A stretch of DNA of 64,000 nt from Bdellovibrionales bacterium (GTDB lineage Bacteria > Bdellovibrionota > Bdellovibrionia > Bdellovibrionales > UBA1609): NCBI GenBank assembly GCA_027317865.1, contig DAHVQG010000002.1:1-64000 (forward strand). Reading direction: 5' to 3'. This document shows, piece after piece, positions 1-8,900 of the stretch. The notes under the pieces are model-generated. The model was not told the origin of the DNA and did not search any database. It worked only from the letters and a program-made list of their open reading frames with translations. How positions within the stretch are numbered: position 1 is the first letter of the stretch; every line of letters starts with the position of its first letter. Both the position numbers and the translations under genes were made by a program.

Positions 1-908
1 TTTGAGATACGGAGCCTCGGTAAACCGTCTTCGTTGATCGATACGACGTAGTCTTCTCCCACTTTGTAGACATAGACGTCAGGCGTGATAAACTGCGTGT
101 CGCTCGACATAAACGCGCGGCCGGGTTTCGGCTCCATCCCGAGGATGATTTTTGACATTTCAACAACTTCTTCGAGATCTTTATTTAAAGCCCTGGCAAT
201 CGCCGGGTAATTTTTCTTCTCAAGATCGGGCAAATGGTGTTCTATGATTTCGACAAGGTCATTTGTGTCTTCTTGTAAATTGCGCGCTTGAATCAAAAGA
301 CATTCTTTTAGGTCGCGAGCGCCCACCCCAGGAGGATCAAATTCTTGCAAAAACGGGAGCATCTCTGCAAGTTCCGACACCTCGACACCCTCTTCTTTAG
401 CGATTTCTTCGAGTGAGGCTTGCAAATAACCTTCGTCGTTGATGTAACTAATCAGAATAGAAATAGTAGATTCTTCTTCTTCGTTAAAGCCGAATAAACT
501 CATCTGCCATAACAAATAGTCGCTGAGCGTTTGCGTCGTGGAAATCACGTTCTCGTAATTCATGATTTCATCGCTAAACTCAGACGGCGTCGAACCCTGT
601 GCGGGAGGTTTGTACAGACTTTCAACGTAGTTTTCCCACTCGAATTCGTCTTGACGGCGGGGGTCGGTGTCGCCTTGCACCTGTGCTTCTGCGGCTCTTA
701 GATCTTCGGCTGTTTGACTTTTTGCCGCCGGGTCTTCTTCGCTTGTCTCCTGCACTTCTTCGAGAACAGGATTTTCGTTGAGCTCTTTGCGGACCTCTTC
801 TTCCATCTCGACGCGCGACAATTGTAGTAGCTTAATAGCTTGCTGCAATTGCGGAGTCATCCGCAACTGTTGCGATAGCTTCATCGACATTTTCAGGTTC
901 ATTGCCAT
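1..908 (-). CDS. rpoN: RNA polymerase sigma-54 factor (3' end runs off the window)
   Basis: Not in the ORF track. Read manually from ATG at 908: MAMNLKMSMKLSQQLRMTPQLQQAIKLLQLS, the RpoN region I signature. Lies directly downstream of lptB, its usual position. Confidence 0.95.
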   Translation of the reverse strand, partial: MAMNLKMSMKLSQQLRMTPQLQQAIKLLQLSRVEMEEEVRKELNENPVLEEVQETSEEDPAAKSQTAEDLRAAEAQVQGDTDPRRQDEFEWENYVESLYKPPAQGSTPSEFSDEIMNYENVISTTQTLSDYLLWQMSLFGFNEEEESTISILISYINDEGYLQASLEEIAKEEGVEVSELAEMLPFLQEFDPPGVGARDLKECLLIQARNLQEDTNDLVEIIEHHLPDLEKKNYPAIARALNKDLEEVVEMSKIILGMEPKPGRAFMSSDTQFITPDVYVYKVGEDYVVSINEDGLPRLRIS

Positions 909-925
909 ATCTTAAATATTCCGCC

Positions 926-1648
926 CTACAACTTAAAATTTTCGCCTAAATAAAATTTTCGCGCAATTTGTGAATTGGCTATTTGCTCAGCCGTCCCCTG
1001 GACTTCGATCTTACCATCCCGGAGAATGTAAGAGTAGTCGCAGATTCCGAGTGTTTCGCGAACATTGTGATCCGTAATCAAAATGCCCAGACCTTCGGCT
1101 TTTAATTCACGGATAATGTTTTGAATATCCGCAACAGCGATCGGATCAATCCCGGCAAACGGTTCATCGAGAAGAAGAAATTTAGGCGAGCCCGTGAGCG
1201 CACGCGCAATTTCAACCCTTCGTCGTTCGCCCCCTGAGAGCGCGTAACCGTAACTTTCTCTGATCGCTTCGATGCCGAAATCACCGAGCAATTTCTGCAA
1301 TCGCTCTTCAAACGCCGACGGCGGCACTTGCGCGGCCTCAAGACCCACTTTCAAATTTTCATTTACGGTGAGCCGCCTGAACACGCTGGCCTCTTGCGGT
1401 AAGTAACTTAAGCCAACGCGCGCGCGCTGGTACATCGGCATTTTGCTGATATCTTGTCCGTTCAAATATATCTCGCCTTTATCGGGCGGCAGTATGCCCA
1501 CTACCATATAAAATGATGTTGTTTTGCCAGCCCCGTTCGGACCTAACAAACCGACAACTTGACCGCCTTCAATTTCAAACGAGACCGAATCCACGACCGC
1601 GCGTTGTTTGAATTTTTTTGAAATCCCTTTGATCGATAGCCTATTCAA
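926..1648 (-). CDS. lptB: LPS export ABC transporter ATPase
   Basis: GPNGAGKTT Walker A, YLPQEASVFRRLTV, LSGGERRRVEIARAL, LLDEPFAGIDP, LITDHNVRETL, YLGENF. Confidence 0.97.
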   Translation of the reverse strand: MNRLSIKGISKKFKQRAVVDSVSFEIEGGQVVGLLGPNGAGKTTSFYMVVGILPPDKGEIYLNGQDISKMPMYQRARVGLSYLPQEASVFRRLTVNENLKVGLEAAQVPPSAFEERLQKLLGDFGIEAIRESYGYALSGGERRRVEIARALTGSPKFLLLDEPFAGIDPIAVADIQNIIRELKAEGLGILITDHNVRETLGICDYSYILRDGKIEVQGTAEQIANSQIARKFYLGENFKL

Positions 1649-1652
1649 TTTT

Positions 1653-2660
1653 TCACTCCACGACGTTTTGCATTTTATGACTTTTCAAAGTTTTATTGCT
1701 CACGTGAACTCTGGCGTTTTTCACTTGAACCTTTTTACCGCCATCAAGAAACACAATTTGGTTCCCGCTGATTTCATCATTATCTTGAACAACCCGCGGT
1801 TGGCCATCGAAAACGAATTCATCTTTAGCTAAATTAATACGTAATCGCTCAGAAGTCGCCCATTTATCGACATCGTGAACTTTCACGCCTCCAGTCAGCT
1901 GCACAGAATCGGGAATGTCGGTTCCGTTTTTATAATGAAATAGTGCATCCGGCCCGGTGATTCGAATGCCATTTATGTCGATATTCACTTGACCGGAAAA
2001 TTTCACCTCATGCCCTTTGCCGAATAGTTTGGCCCTGTCAGCCCGCACAATCATGTCTTCGTTTTTTCGAATTTCTTTTTGCGCTCTGACATGATTTGAA
2101 ATTGTCACTGTCCCTTGTCTAAGGTTCGCCTTCATGGATTGCCCTTGAATGTACATATGCTTGCCGAAAGCATCGCGTGGACCGTCGACCACAACGTGCG
2201 TCGGAGAACTCAAAACGCGTTCTTTAGAATTATAGCGGACGGTATCGGTATGAAAGATATAACCGTTCGAAGACGTTGTGACGACACCACCGTTGACGAT
2301 CATGTTTTTGGTGGCCGTTACAATGGACCCGGTTTGCCCTTTAACTAAAAAAGTTAGGCCATTCTTTGCAAAAAAACTCGCCTTCACGTGCTGAAGCGCC
2401 AATTCACTTTCTGCCTTAAAACCGATGGCGCGCTTTGCCCAAAGCTCCCACTCTTTGCTTTCATTGTTCGTTTCGACAACATGCACGCCGGCCATCTGCT
2501 GCTGTACATCGCTTGATTTAATGTCGAGCCTGCTTTTGTGATGTTCCGCCACATGGCTGGACGGAGTTTTATCCGCAACGTCATTAGGCTCCATAAGGGC
2601 AATTTCCAAAACCAAGGCAAAAAAGAGCACGGCCAGAATGTATTGACTCACTTTTCGCAT
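1653..2660 (-). CDS. lptC: LPS export periplasmic protein LptC, with a probable second LptA/OstA-like beta-jellyroll
   Basis: N-terminal TM; WELWAKRA...FHTDTVRYNSKERVLSSPTHVVV (LptC-like); C-terminal VFDGQPRVVQDNDEISGNQIVF (LptA-like); directly upstream of lptB. Confidence 0.75.
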   Translation of the reverse strand: MRKVSQYILAVLFFALVLEIALMEPNDVADKTPSSHVAEHHKSRLDIKSSDVQQQMAGVHVVETNNESKEWELWAKRAIGFKAESELALQHVKASFFAKNGLTFLVKGQTGSIVTATKNMIVNGGVVTTSSNGYIFHTDTVRYNSKERVLSSPTHVVVDGPRDAFGKHMYIQGQSMKANLRQGTVTISNHVRAQKEIRKNEDMIVRADRAKLFGKGHEVKFSGQVNIDINGIRITGPDALFHYKNGTDIPDSVQLTGGVKVHDVDKWATSERLRINLAKDEFVFDGQPRVVQDNDEISGNQIVFLDGGKKVQVKNARVHVSNKTLKSHKMQNVVE

Positions 2661-2728
2661 ATTTAGAATTGTATCACATTGAGACGGAGTTTTTAAGTTT
2701 TCACGCCGAGTTCCCGATACGTAATCGT

Positions 2729-3442
2729 ATGAGTCGATGGTTTATCTCTGAAAATGAAAACGTGCGCGGCCCATTTAGCTCCGACGAAGTGCGAGCCATG
2801 CTTACGGATGGTCAAATTTCGCAGTCGACGATGGTTTGGGGCAAACCTCAAACCTCTTGGGTCGATGTCAATAAATGGGTGTCGCTGCTGCCCCAACTCT
2901 CAAAGCTACAGGGCCCGATTGAAGATTCAGCTCAACAACAGCCGTGGCACTACGCCGTAAACGGCAATTCCGTGGGCCCACTGACTCGCGCAGAGCTCGT
3001 AAACGAACTCAAAACGATCGCAGAGAAAGATCAGATTTTGGTTTGGACAAAAGGCATGAAAGCCTGGGCGGATTTGTTTGAATTTCAGGACTTGCTTGAA
3101 GAAATGGGCCTCAATAGGCGAGAACACCCGCGAGCTTCGATTCACGGCTCCGCAATCATTCGCATCGACGATAAAACATTAATCGGTCAACTCAAAACTA
3201 TTTCACCTGGTGGAGTGGGGATTGACCAACTCGACTCACGTCTTGCTATCGGAGAAGTCGTGAGTATTGAAATCAAGTCCGATGAATTAGGCGATCCCGT
3301 AAACATGAAAGCAGTTGTACAGTATTCAACTCAAGCTGGTTACTACGGATTTAAGGCACAGTCGCTGAGTATGGAGGCCAAATCTCATATCATCAGCTAT
3401 ATGAAACAAAAGCTTCGCGAAACCGATCGCGTCGCCGCGTAG
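2729..3442 (+). CDS. GYF_2 (DUF4339) x2 + PilZ domain protein
   Basis: Two repeats W(F/H)...GP(F/L)(S/T)..E...VW.(K/G)...W; C-terminal RREHPR and TISPGG PilZ-like motifs. Start moved from 2669 to ATG 2729. Confidence 0.85.
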   Translation: MSRWFISENENVRGPFSSDEVRAMLTDGQISQSTMVWGKPQTSWVDVNKWVSLLPQLSKLQGPIEDSAQQQPWHYAVNGNSVGPLTRAELVNELKTIAEKDQILVWTKGMKAWADLFEFQDLLEEMGLNRREHPRASIHGSAIIRIDDKTLIGQLKTISPGGVGIDQLDSRLAIGEVVSIEIKSDELGDPVNMKAVVQYSTQAGYYGFKAQSLSMEAKSHIISYMKQKLRETDRVAA

Positions 3443-3576
3443 CAGTTAAATTGATCCACATTCGAGCCCGCTTTCGCCGTTATCGTCAACACAAATGGGC
3501 AAATAGCAATTTTCGGCAATGACAATGAAAATTATCGTTAGCAAAAAAATGCTTCACCTGTGATAAATTACCCTCT

Positions 3577-3894
3577 ATGAAAAAAAATAGACTGTTCACC
3601 AATTCGATTTTGGTAGCAACACTTTTGCTGGTCGGCATTGGTGCCTCGGCAAAAAATGCACAAACTCAAAGATGTATTCGAACCCTTATGACTCAGCCAG
3701 CATGTGTATCGTTAGCCAACGCAAAATGGTTTTGCTCGACGGTAAGTAATTCGGCTGAAGCTACATGGCTAATCAAAAATTGTCTCGCGGGATTTAACGG
3801 CGGTTTTTTTTCACGCCAGGCGGTTGTGGCGCAATGCTTGGGCGGGTATAAATTGTCAAAAATTGCAGCTGAAAACAAAAGCCTGTGTGAATAA
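3577..3894 (+). CDS. Small secreted Cys-rich hypothetical protein
   Basis: Sec signal peptide (MKKNRLF...GASA); 6 Cys in the mature part; AT-rich flanks. Confidence 0.65.
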   Translation: MKKNRLFTNSILVATLLLVGIGASAKNAQTQRCIRTLMTQPACVSLANAKWFCSTVSNSAEATWLIKNCLAGFNGGFFSRQAVVAQCLGGYKLSKIAAENKSLCE

Positions 3895-3957
3895 AAATTT
3901 AAGCTAGAAAAAACTGAAGTAGTAAAGCGTATAGAAAAATGACTTCTTAAGTTTGAT

Positions 3958-4545
3958 TTATGCGCCGGTTTTCTTGCCTTTTTTTATTACCGCAAAATTG
4001 ATTTGAACGATTCCGGCTTCAGTTGCGGTATACATCACTTTTTTAAGAGTCAAAAAATCCATGTGTTTATCCGCTTGGATCGTCAATTTTAAATACGATG
4101 GAATTTTTTGCGCCTGAGCTTGTGCGCCGCCCTGAATTCGGGCTACCGCCGATTGAATTTGATTACCTATTTCACTCTTTTGTTCTTTACCTTTGGCGAC
4201 CAACTGTTGAAGCGCGACTCGAAGCGGCGCCAGATCCCAATTCGGTTGTTCGCGCGCGGTAGAAAGTTTCATAACCGGCGGGTCGTTATTCACCTGAATT
4301 CCCGTAGAGGATATGATTACGACATTAGCTGGAGTTAGTTTTTTTACGTCGTTGGCGGTTGGTAACTTAACGTTATGAGGGATTTGAATCACTTGCCCAG
4401 TAGTTGCGTAGTTCTGCAAAAGAAACACGACAAGAACCGTGAATAAATCCACCATAGCTGTCAATGAAAGCACTGCGACCACGTCGCGATTACCACCGGT
4501 TTCACGATTTCTTCGATCTCTTATGCCTGGAACATGAATCGCCAT
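3958..4545 (-). CDS. aglS: AglS-like ExbD/TolR motor subunit
   Basis: MAIHVPG start, LTAMVDLFTVLVVFLL TM with conserved Asp, IQADK..F..LKKVMYT; third gene of a TolQ-TolR-TolR trio. Confidence 0.85.
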   Translation of the reverse strand: MAIHVPGIRDRRNRETGGNRDVVAVLSLTAMVDLFTVLVVFLLQNYATTGQVIQIPHNVKLPTANDVKKLTPANVVIISSTGIQVNNDPPVMKLSTAREQPNWDLAPLRVALQQLVAKGKEQKSEIGNQIQSAVARIQGGAQAQAQKIPSYLKLTIQADKHMDFLTLKKVMYTATEAGIVQINFAVIKKGKKTGA

Positions 4546-4593
4546 CGTCTAACCTCCGTGCATCGGCATAGCATCGCGTGCGCTACCGGGCAC

Positions 4594-5067
4594 TCATTGT
4601 GCGGGAGCTGCAGTCGATATCGCAATTTGCGGAAAGCCCGCTTGCAAAAGTGCATCCATCCCGTTGACCAAATACTCATACGCAAGACTGTCAGACATCG
4701 TAATAACGCAGTCTTGTTTATCCGGATAAATCTCTTTTACCTTTTTAAGTTCGGCAAGCAATCGGTGCATGTTGTATTTGCCATTGACCTTCGGAATCAT
4801 AATTTGGCTTTTACCAATTACGACACGTTGGCCGGTCGGCAATATATCGAGACGAAACGCCACTTCCGCGCGTGGTGGAGGTATCGATTTTTGGCTAGTT
4901 GCTTTACCGTATATGGAACTTCCGAGTTGAATCATAGAAACTTGCGACCAAACCGCCGTGATCAGCAAAAAAATCACCAGCACCGACATCAAGTCAATAA
5001 AGGGGACAATATTGACGTCAACGTTCGTTACTCGACCACCTTTTCGCGAATCTTCGATCTGTGCCAT
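4594..5067 (-). CDS. aglQ: AglQ-like ExbD/TolR motor subunit
   Basis: NIVPFIDLMSVLVIFLLITAVW TM; YEYLVNGMDALLQAGFPQIAI. Confidence 0.85.
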   Translation of the reverse strand: MAQIEDSRKGGRVTNVDVNIVPFIDLMSVLVIFLLITAVWSQVSMIQLGSSIYGKATSQKSIPPPRAEVAFRLDILPTGQRVVIGKSQIMIPKVNGKYNMHRLLAELKKVKEIYPDKQDCVITMSDSLAYEYLVNGMDALLQAGFPQIAISTAAPAQ

Positions 5068-5069
5068 TT

Positions 5070-5777
5070 CTACTCTTTCATTTTGTCACGGTTCGAGGCG
5101 ACAAGATTCATCATTGTCATGCTGCCTTCGCGCATGTCGTTAATCGCGCGGCCGATTCGTAACTGAAAAAACCCGAAAGCGACGATGGCAATAACGGCAA
5201 CTCCCAAACCAAAAGCGGTACAGTGGAGGGCCTCAGAAATACCGGTTGAAAGCATCTGCGCTTTCTGAGCCGCATCGGCATTGGCCACACCTTTGAACGA
5301 TATGATCAAACCGATGATGGTTCCCATCAAACCAATCAGCACTGAAATGTTACCGAATACCGCTAAAAACGCCGTCCAGCCTTCGAGCCGAGGAGTTTCG
5401 CGCAATACAGACGCGTCCATAGCAACTTGCACTTCTTCGTCGCCGCGCTTGTTGAGAACCTGCACAAGACCCGACTTTACCGTATTGGTAAGCGGCGCCG
5501 GCTTGCGGTCGCAAAAGGCGATCGCTTGTCTGAGTTCGCCGCGCAAAATCAAACTAAATAAATTTTCATTTAGCGATGTTTTGTCTATTACGAGCCGGTT
5601 CAATGCCAAAAATCTCTCGATAATGAGCAGAACCGTCAAGAGGCCGACAAACGCGATAACGTACATCGCGACTCCGCCCTGACAAAATGACGACGTAACA
5701 AAATTCGTATAAGCACTGCACTTATCGGCAATTGCCACCGTTGCAGTTGCTGCATTTGCAGCCGTTGTTGGATCCAT
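5070..5777 (-). CDS. aglR: AglR-like MotA/TolQ/ExbB proton channel subunit
   Basis: LIGLMGTIIGLIISF...GISEALHCTAFGL. Confidence 0.88.
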   Translation of the reverse strand: MDPTTAANAATATVAIADKCSAYTNFVTSSFCQGGVAMYVIAFVGLLTVLLIIERFLALNRLVIDKTSLNENLFSLILRGELRQAIAFCDRKPAPLTNTVKSGLVQVLNKRGDEEVQVAMDASVLRETPRLEGWTAFLAVFGNISVLIGLMGTIIGLIISFKGVANADAAQKAQMLSTGISEALHCTAFGLGVAVIAIVAFGFFQLRIGRAINDMREGSMTMMNLVASNRDKMKE

Positions 5778-5793
5778 GGTTCAACCTCCCCTT

Positions 5794-7686
5794 TTATTGC
5801 AATGTAAACACAAATGGGTAAATCACGTCGGCAGCCGTGTCGGGCGGCGGCGCTGGGAACGTCAAACCGCGCACGACGCGAGCCAAACAATAACCCATTT
5901 CTCTATCGCCAACAGAATTGCTTTTCACGCCGACATTAACGGCTTGTCCGTGTTGGACAATCTCCCAATGTAAAACGACTTTGCCATAAGCGTCTGAATT
6001 TCTGCGCAAAGCCTGATCGTAGCAAAATTGAAATTGATCTCGGTTGGCGTCAATGACCCGGCGAATCGCGTCTTTGTCGATGTTACCGGTAAACTGCGCC
6101 TCGGAATTACCGATATTCAAATCCACCCGACCTTTTTTGCCAAGGCCGCCAAGACCAGCTCCAAAAGTTCCGGTGCCTTTACCGACTGTTCCGACTCCGC
6201 CTGCGATTCCGTAAGTAGCCGCACCCGTTCCGCTAGCGCCAATATTTTTAAGTCGCCCGCCAAGATCGCCCGGTCGAAAATTATTTGAACCGGTGTAACC
6301 ATTTTTCTGATTGGCGTCGCCGACCAGCTCGCCGGCTCCCGCCGCCGCCTGTGACAATTGGTTTTGCGTCCCGTTCGTACCAAATACTCCAAGCAAACCG
6401 AGATTTTTTATATTAGGTGCCCGCTTTGTTTGTAGACCGGCGGCCCGGTGCCCGGTTCGAACTGCGCCGCCACGATGAACGATCGAACTGGCCACCATTT
6501 TTCGCCGCACTACACGTCTTGTCCGTTTGATCTCAGCCGCGCGACCCGGATTTTGCAATGTCGTCGTTTGCTTAACGTGAGCCGGTACTTTAAACAGCCG
6601 CTTCTGTTCGGCGTGTGAATGCGTCGGAACCGGCATTACTGGAATATTAAATTGAATCGTTGCCAAACGCAGGGGTTGCTCGAGATTTTTTTTATTTTTC
6701 AACGCCATGGGCTTGTAAATAAACATATAGAGCCCAAAAATCGCCGCCACCACAGCAGAGGCCAAAACCGCCGTCGCTTCAGACGTGGTCAAATCGAAGA
6801 GCGGCCCAACAAGCGGTATCGGAGTTTCGTTAATATAACGAATATAGATTGATAAAAGATCGCCCATCAGACCAAGCCGGATCATCTCGCCTTGTGCAAG
6901 GTCGAGTTCAAATTCGGCACCTTGTTGAACGACTCGGTTCTTGCGTCTTAGATCGGCGAGCTTCAAATGCTCTTCGTCCCGGTAGTAGTCGCCGGTCATT
7001 TCATGAGTCACGCGCACTTTCACATGGCCATCGATCTTAAGAAGCGTCATCCGTGACCGATTTAACCCTAAAAGCGGCAAATTAATTGTGGCCTTATCGT
7101 CAGAGCCAATCGTAACTTCGCCAGCGGTATGAAAATGGCGCGTTTCGATGACAACACCGCCCCATGCGACGACGACCTCAACAACGGGGCCGCGCGAAGA
7201 TTTCAAGGTCTTTGCCAATGCATCTGTCTTTACGCTCTGATCAACACGCGCCGTCTCGTCTCGCACGACCGCCACGCCCGGTGTCGCACGGCGAGATTCA
7301 GAAACTGTCGTCGCTTGCGGGAGCGGCGGAGGAGTGGCCTTTTGACGTTGCACAGGCGGAGGCGCAGGAGGTTGCGCCGGTTTAGGCACACCAACAAAAA
7401 ACTCAATTTTGTACGAACCAATTTGAAGTTCATCGCCGGAGCGCAGAGATTCGTCCAATACTTTTTGGCCACCGCGAAATGTTCCTGAAGCGGAGCCCAG
7501 ATCAACGATGTAATACCCGGTGTCTCGCATTTCGATCACGGCGTGCACCGGCGAAATATCGTCACCGTTCAGTGTTACTTGCGTATCGGTATTGCGCCCG
7601 ATGACAATTTGATCGACATCAAATTGCCGTGTCGCCTCAAGGCTGCCATTACGATAAATACGCAATATAATCGGTGTCTTCATCAA
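5794..7686 (-). CDS. gltG: GltG-like FHA + TM + TonB-C (AgmX/PglI C-terminal) protein
   Basis: N-terminal FHA (IGR...ISPVHA...DLGSASGT), Pro-rich linker, TM, Gly-rich stalk, IRRVI...FQFCY...GKV...YPFVF C-terminal domain. Confidence 0.85.
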   Translation of the reverse strand: MMKTPIILRIYRNGSLEATRQFDVDQIVIGRNTDTQVTLNGDDISPVHAVIEMRDTGYYIVDLGSASGTFRGGQKVLDESLRSGDELQIGSYKIEFFVGVPKPAQPPAPPPVQRQKATPPPLPQATTVSESRRATPGVAVVRDETARVDQSVKTDALAKTLKSSRGPVVEVVVAWGGVVIETRHFHTAGEVTIGSDDKATINLPLLGLNRSRMTLLKIDGHVKVRVTHEMTGDYYRDEEHLKLADLRRKNRVVQQGAEFELDLAQGEMIRLGLMGDLLSIYIRYINETPIPLVGPLFDLTTSEATAVLASAVVAAIFGLYMFIYKPMALKNKKNLEQPLRLATIQFNIPVMPVPTHSHAEQKRLFKVPAHVKQTTTLQNPGRAAEIKRTRRVVRRKMVASSIVHRGGAVRTGHRAAGLQTKRAPNIKNLGLLGVFGTNGTQNQLSQAAAGAGELVGDANQKNGYTGSNNFRPGDLGGRLKNIGASGTGAATYGIAGGVGTVGKGTGTFGAGLGGLGKKGRVDLNIGNSEAQFTGNIDKDAIRRVIDANRDQFQFCYDQALRRNSDAYGKVVLHWEIVQHGQAVNVGVKSNSVGDREMGYCLARVVRGLTFPAPPPDTAADVIYPFVFTLQ

Positions 7687-7988
7687 CGCCCCGGTTTTAG
7701 ACTCGGTCCTATATCTTGTGCTGTCTGATTCATCTCGGGCAAAAAGTTACTGCGAAGTTCAATAAGGCGTTTGAAATTAAAATCCCGCCTTTGCATTAAA
7801 TAAAATAAGTTTGGCTTTTGAACATTCCCCTGGATAAGTTCATCTTCGAAATTTATAGATTGCGTTCGCGTTTTATCCGAAGCCTTTTGCGCTGACGACT
7901 GGGCCGAAGCGGCAGCGCCAAATGCCACGGCCACAAACATAGATAAAATAAAAAATTTCAGCTGCGATGGTGTCGTGAGCAAATTCAC
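7683..7988 (-). CDS. gltF: GltF/CglF-like small periplasmic protein
   Basis: Signal peptide then INFEDELIQGNVQKP...FKRLIELRSNFLPEM; lies between the gltE- and gltG-like genes. Confidence 0.8.
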   Translation of the reverse strand: MNLLTTPSQLKFFILSMFVAVAFGAAASAQSSAQKASDKTRTQSINFEDELIQGNVQKPNLFYLMQRRDFNFKRLIELRSNFLPEMNQTAQDIGPSLKPGR

Positions 7989-8899
7989 TGTTGCGACTCC
8001 AGTTGTTGTTCAAGTTCAAGGACCCGTTGCAAAATTCGACGGTCCTCCGTCATAAATTTTAGTTTACTAATGACCTCGATCGCATCATTTTTCTGCTTCA
8101 GGACCTCGACTAAAAGAATCGCATAATTGAGAAGGGGCACTGGATTTTGTTGATTACTTTTCATAATTCGTGAAAAAATCCGTTTCGCCTTTGAATATTC
8201 ACCAAGTCCCATAAGAGCTACGGCGTAATTATTGGCAATTGAAACGGCGTTAGGGTCACCTTGCTCGAGTTTAGACTGCGTATCGTCATAGCTTTGCTCA
8301 AGCACAGCCAGACCTCGACTATAGTCGTGGTATTCAAGATAAATTGTACTCAAATTGGTCGCGCCCGTTTGGTAGTCGGACTTGAGTTGCAGACTCTTTT
8401 TAAACGCGTCGATCGCTTTTTGAGTTTTGCCTTGTGCTAAAAACACGACCCCTAAGTTGTTGTAGAGCGCAGGAGCATTGGGGTGACTTTTCAATGCCCG
8501 GTTCAAAATAATAACGCTCATGCCGTATTGATGACTCTCGTAATAGTAAACGGCAAGCGCGTTCAAAGTTTGAAGCTGATCGGGATTGCGGCTGAGAATA
8601 CCCGATGCCACTTTAATTAACTGCGATTCCGAGCGCGACTTCAATGCCGCCGAAACAGCAAGCAAGTCCGACGGAGCCACACCGCTTTGTCGAGAGAAAT
8701 CGTCGACGTTTGCTGACGGTTGCGAATTTGAAGATGCGTTCTGAGAAGTTGTATTCGATTGCGCCGAAGAACCGCCGAAATCATTAAGGAGTTCGTTGGA
8801 ATTTTGATTTTTTGTCACCCGCGCCCGGGCACATCCAAAAAGCACAAGGACTGTCGACGCGACAACAATAATTTTGGAGTTTACTCTTTTTGCCCTCAT
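7985..8899 (-). CDS. gltE: GltE/AglT-like TPR lipoprotein
   Basis: Lipobox LFGC; TPRs (ALYNNLGVVFLAQG); cluster position. Confidence 0.78.
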   Translation of the reverse strand: MRAKRVNSKIIVVASTVLVLFGCARARVTKNQNSNELLNDFGGSSAQSNTTSQNASSNSQPSANVDDFSRQSGVAPSDLLAVSAALKSRSESQLIKVASGILSRNPDQLQTLNALAVYYYESHQYGMSVIILNRALKSHPNAPALYNNLGVVFLAQGKTQKAIDAFKKSLQLKSDYQTGATNLSTIYLEYHDYSRGLAVLEQSYDDTQSKLEQGDPNAVSIANNYAVALMGLGEYSKAKRIFSRIMKSNQQNPVPLLNYAILLVEVLKQKNDAIEVISKLKFMTEDRRILQRVLELEQQLESQQ

Positions 8900-8900
8900 C

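Noticed and set aside
4534-5166. 210-aa plus-strand ORF
   Set aside because: Antisense to aglQ/aglR; no family features
3958-7686. Reading as a TonB-ExbBD uptake or Tol-Pal system
   Set aside because: No TonB-dependent receptor, TolB or Pal; the two-TolR arrangement with GltC/D/F signatures fits Agl-Glt
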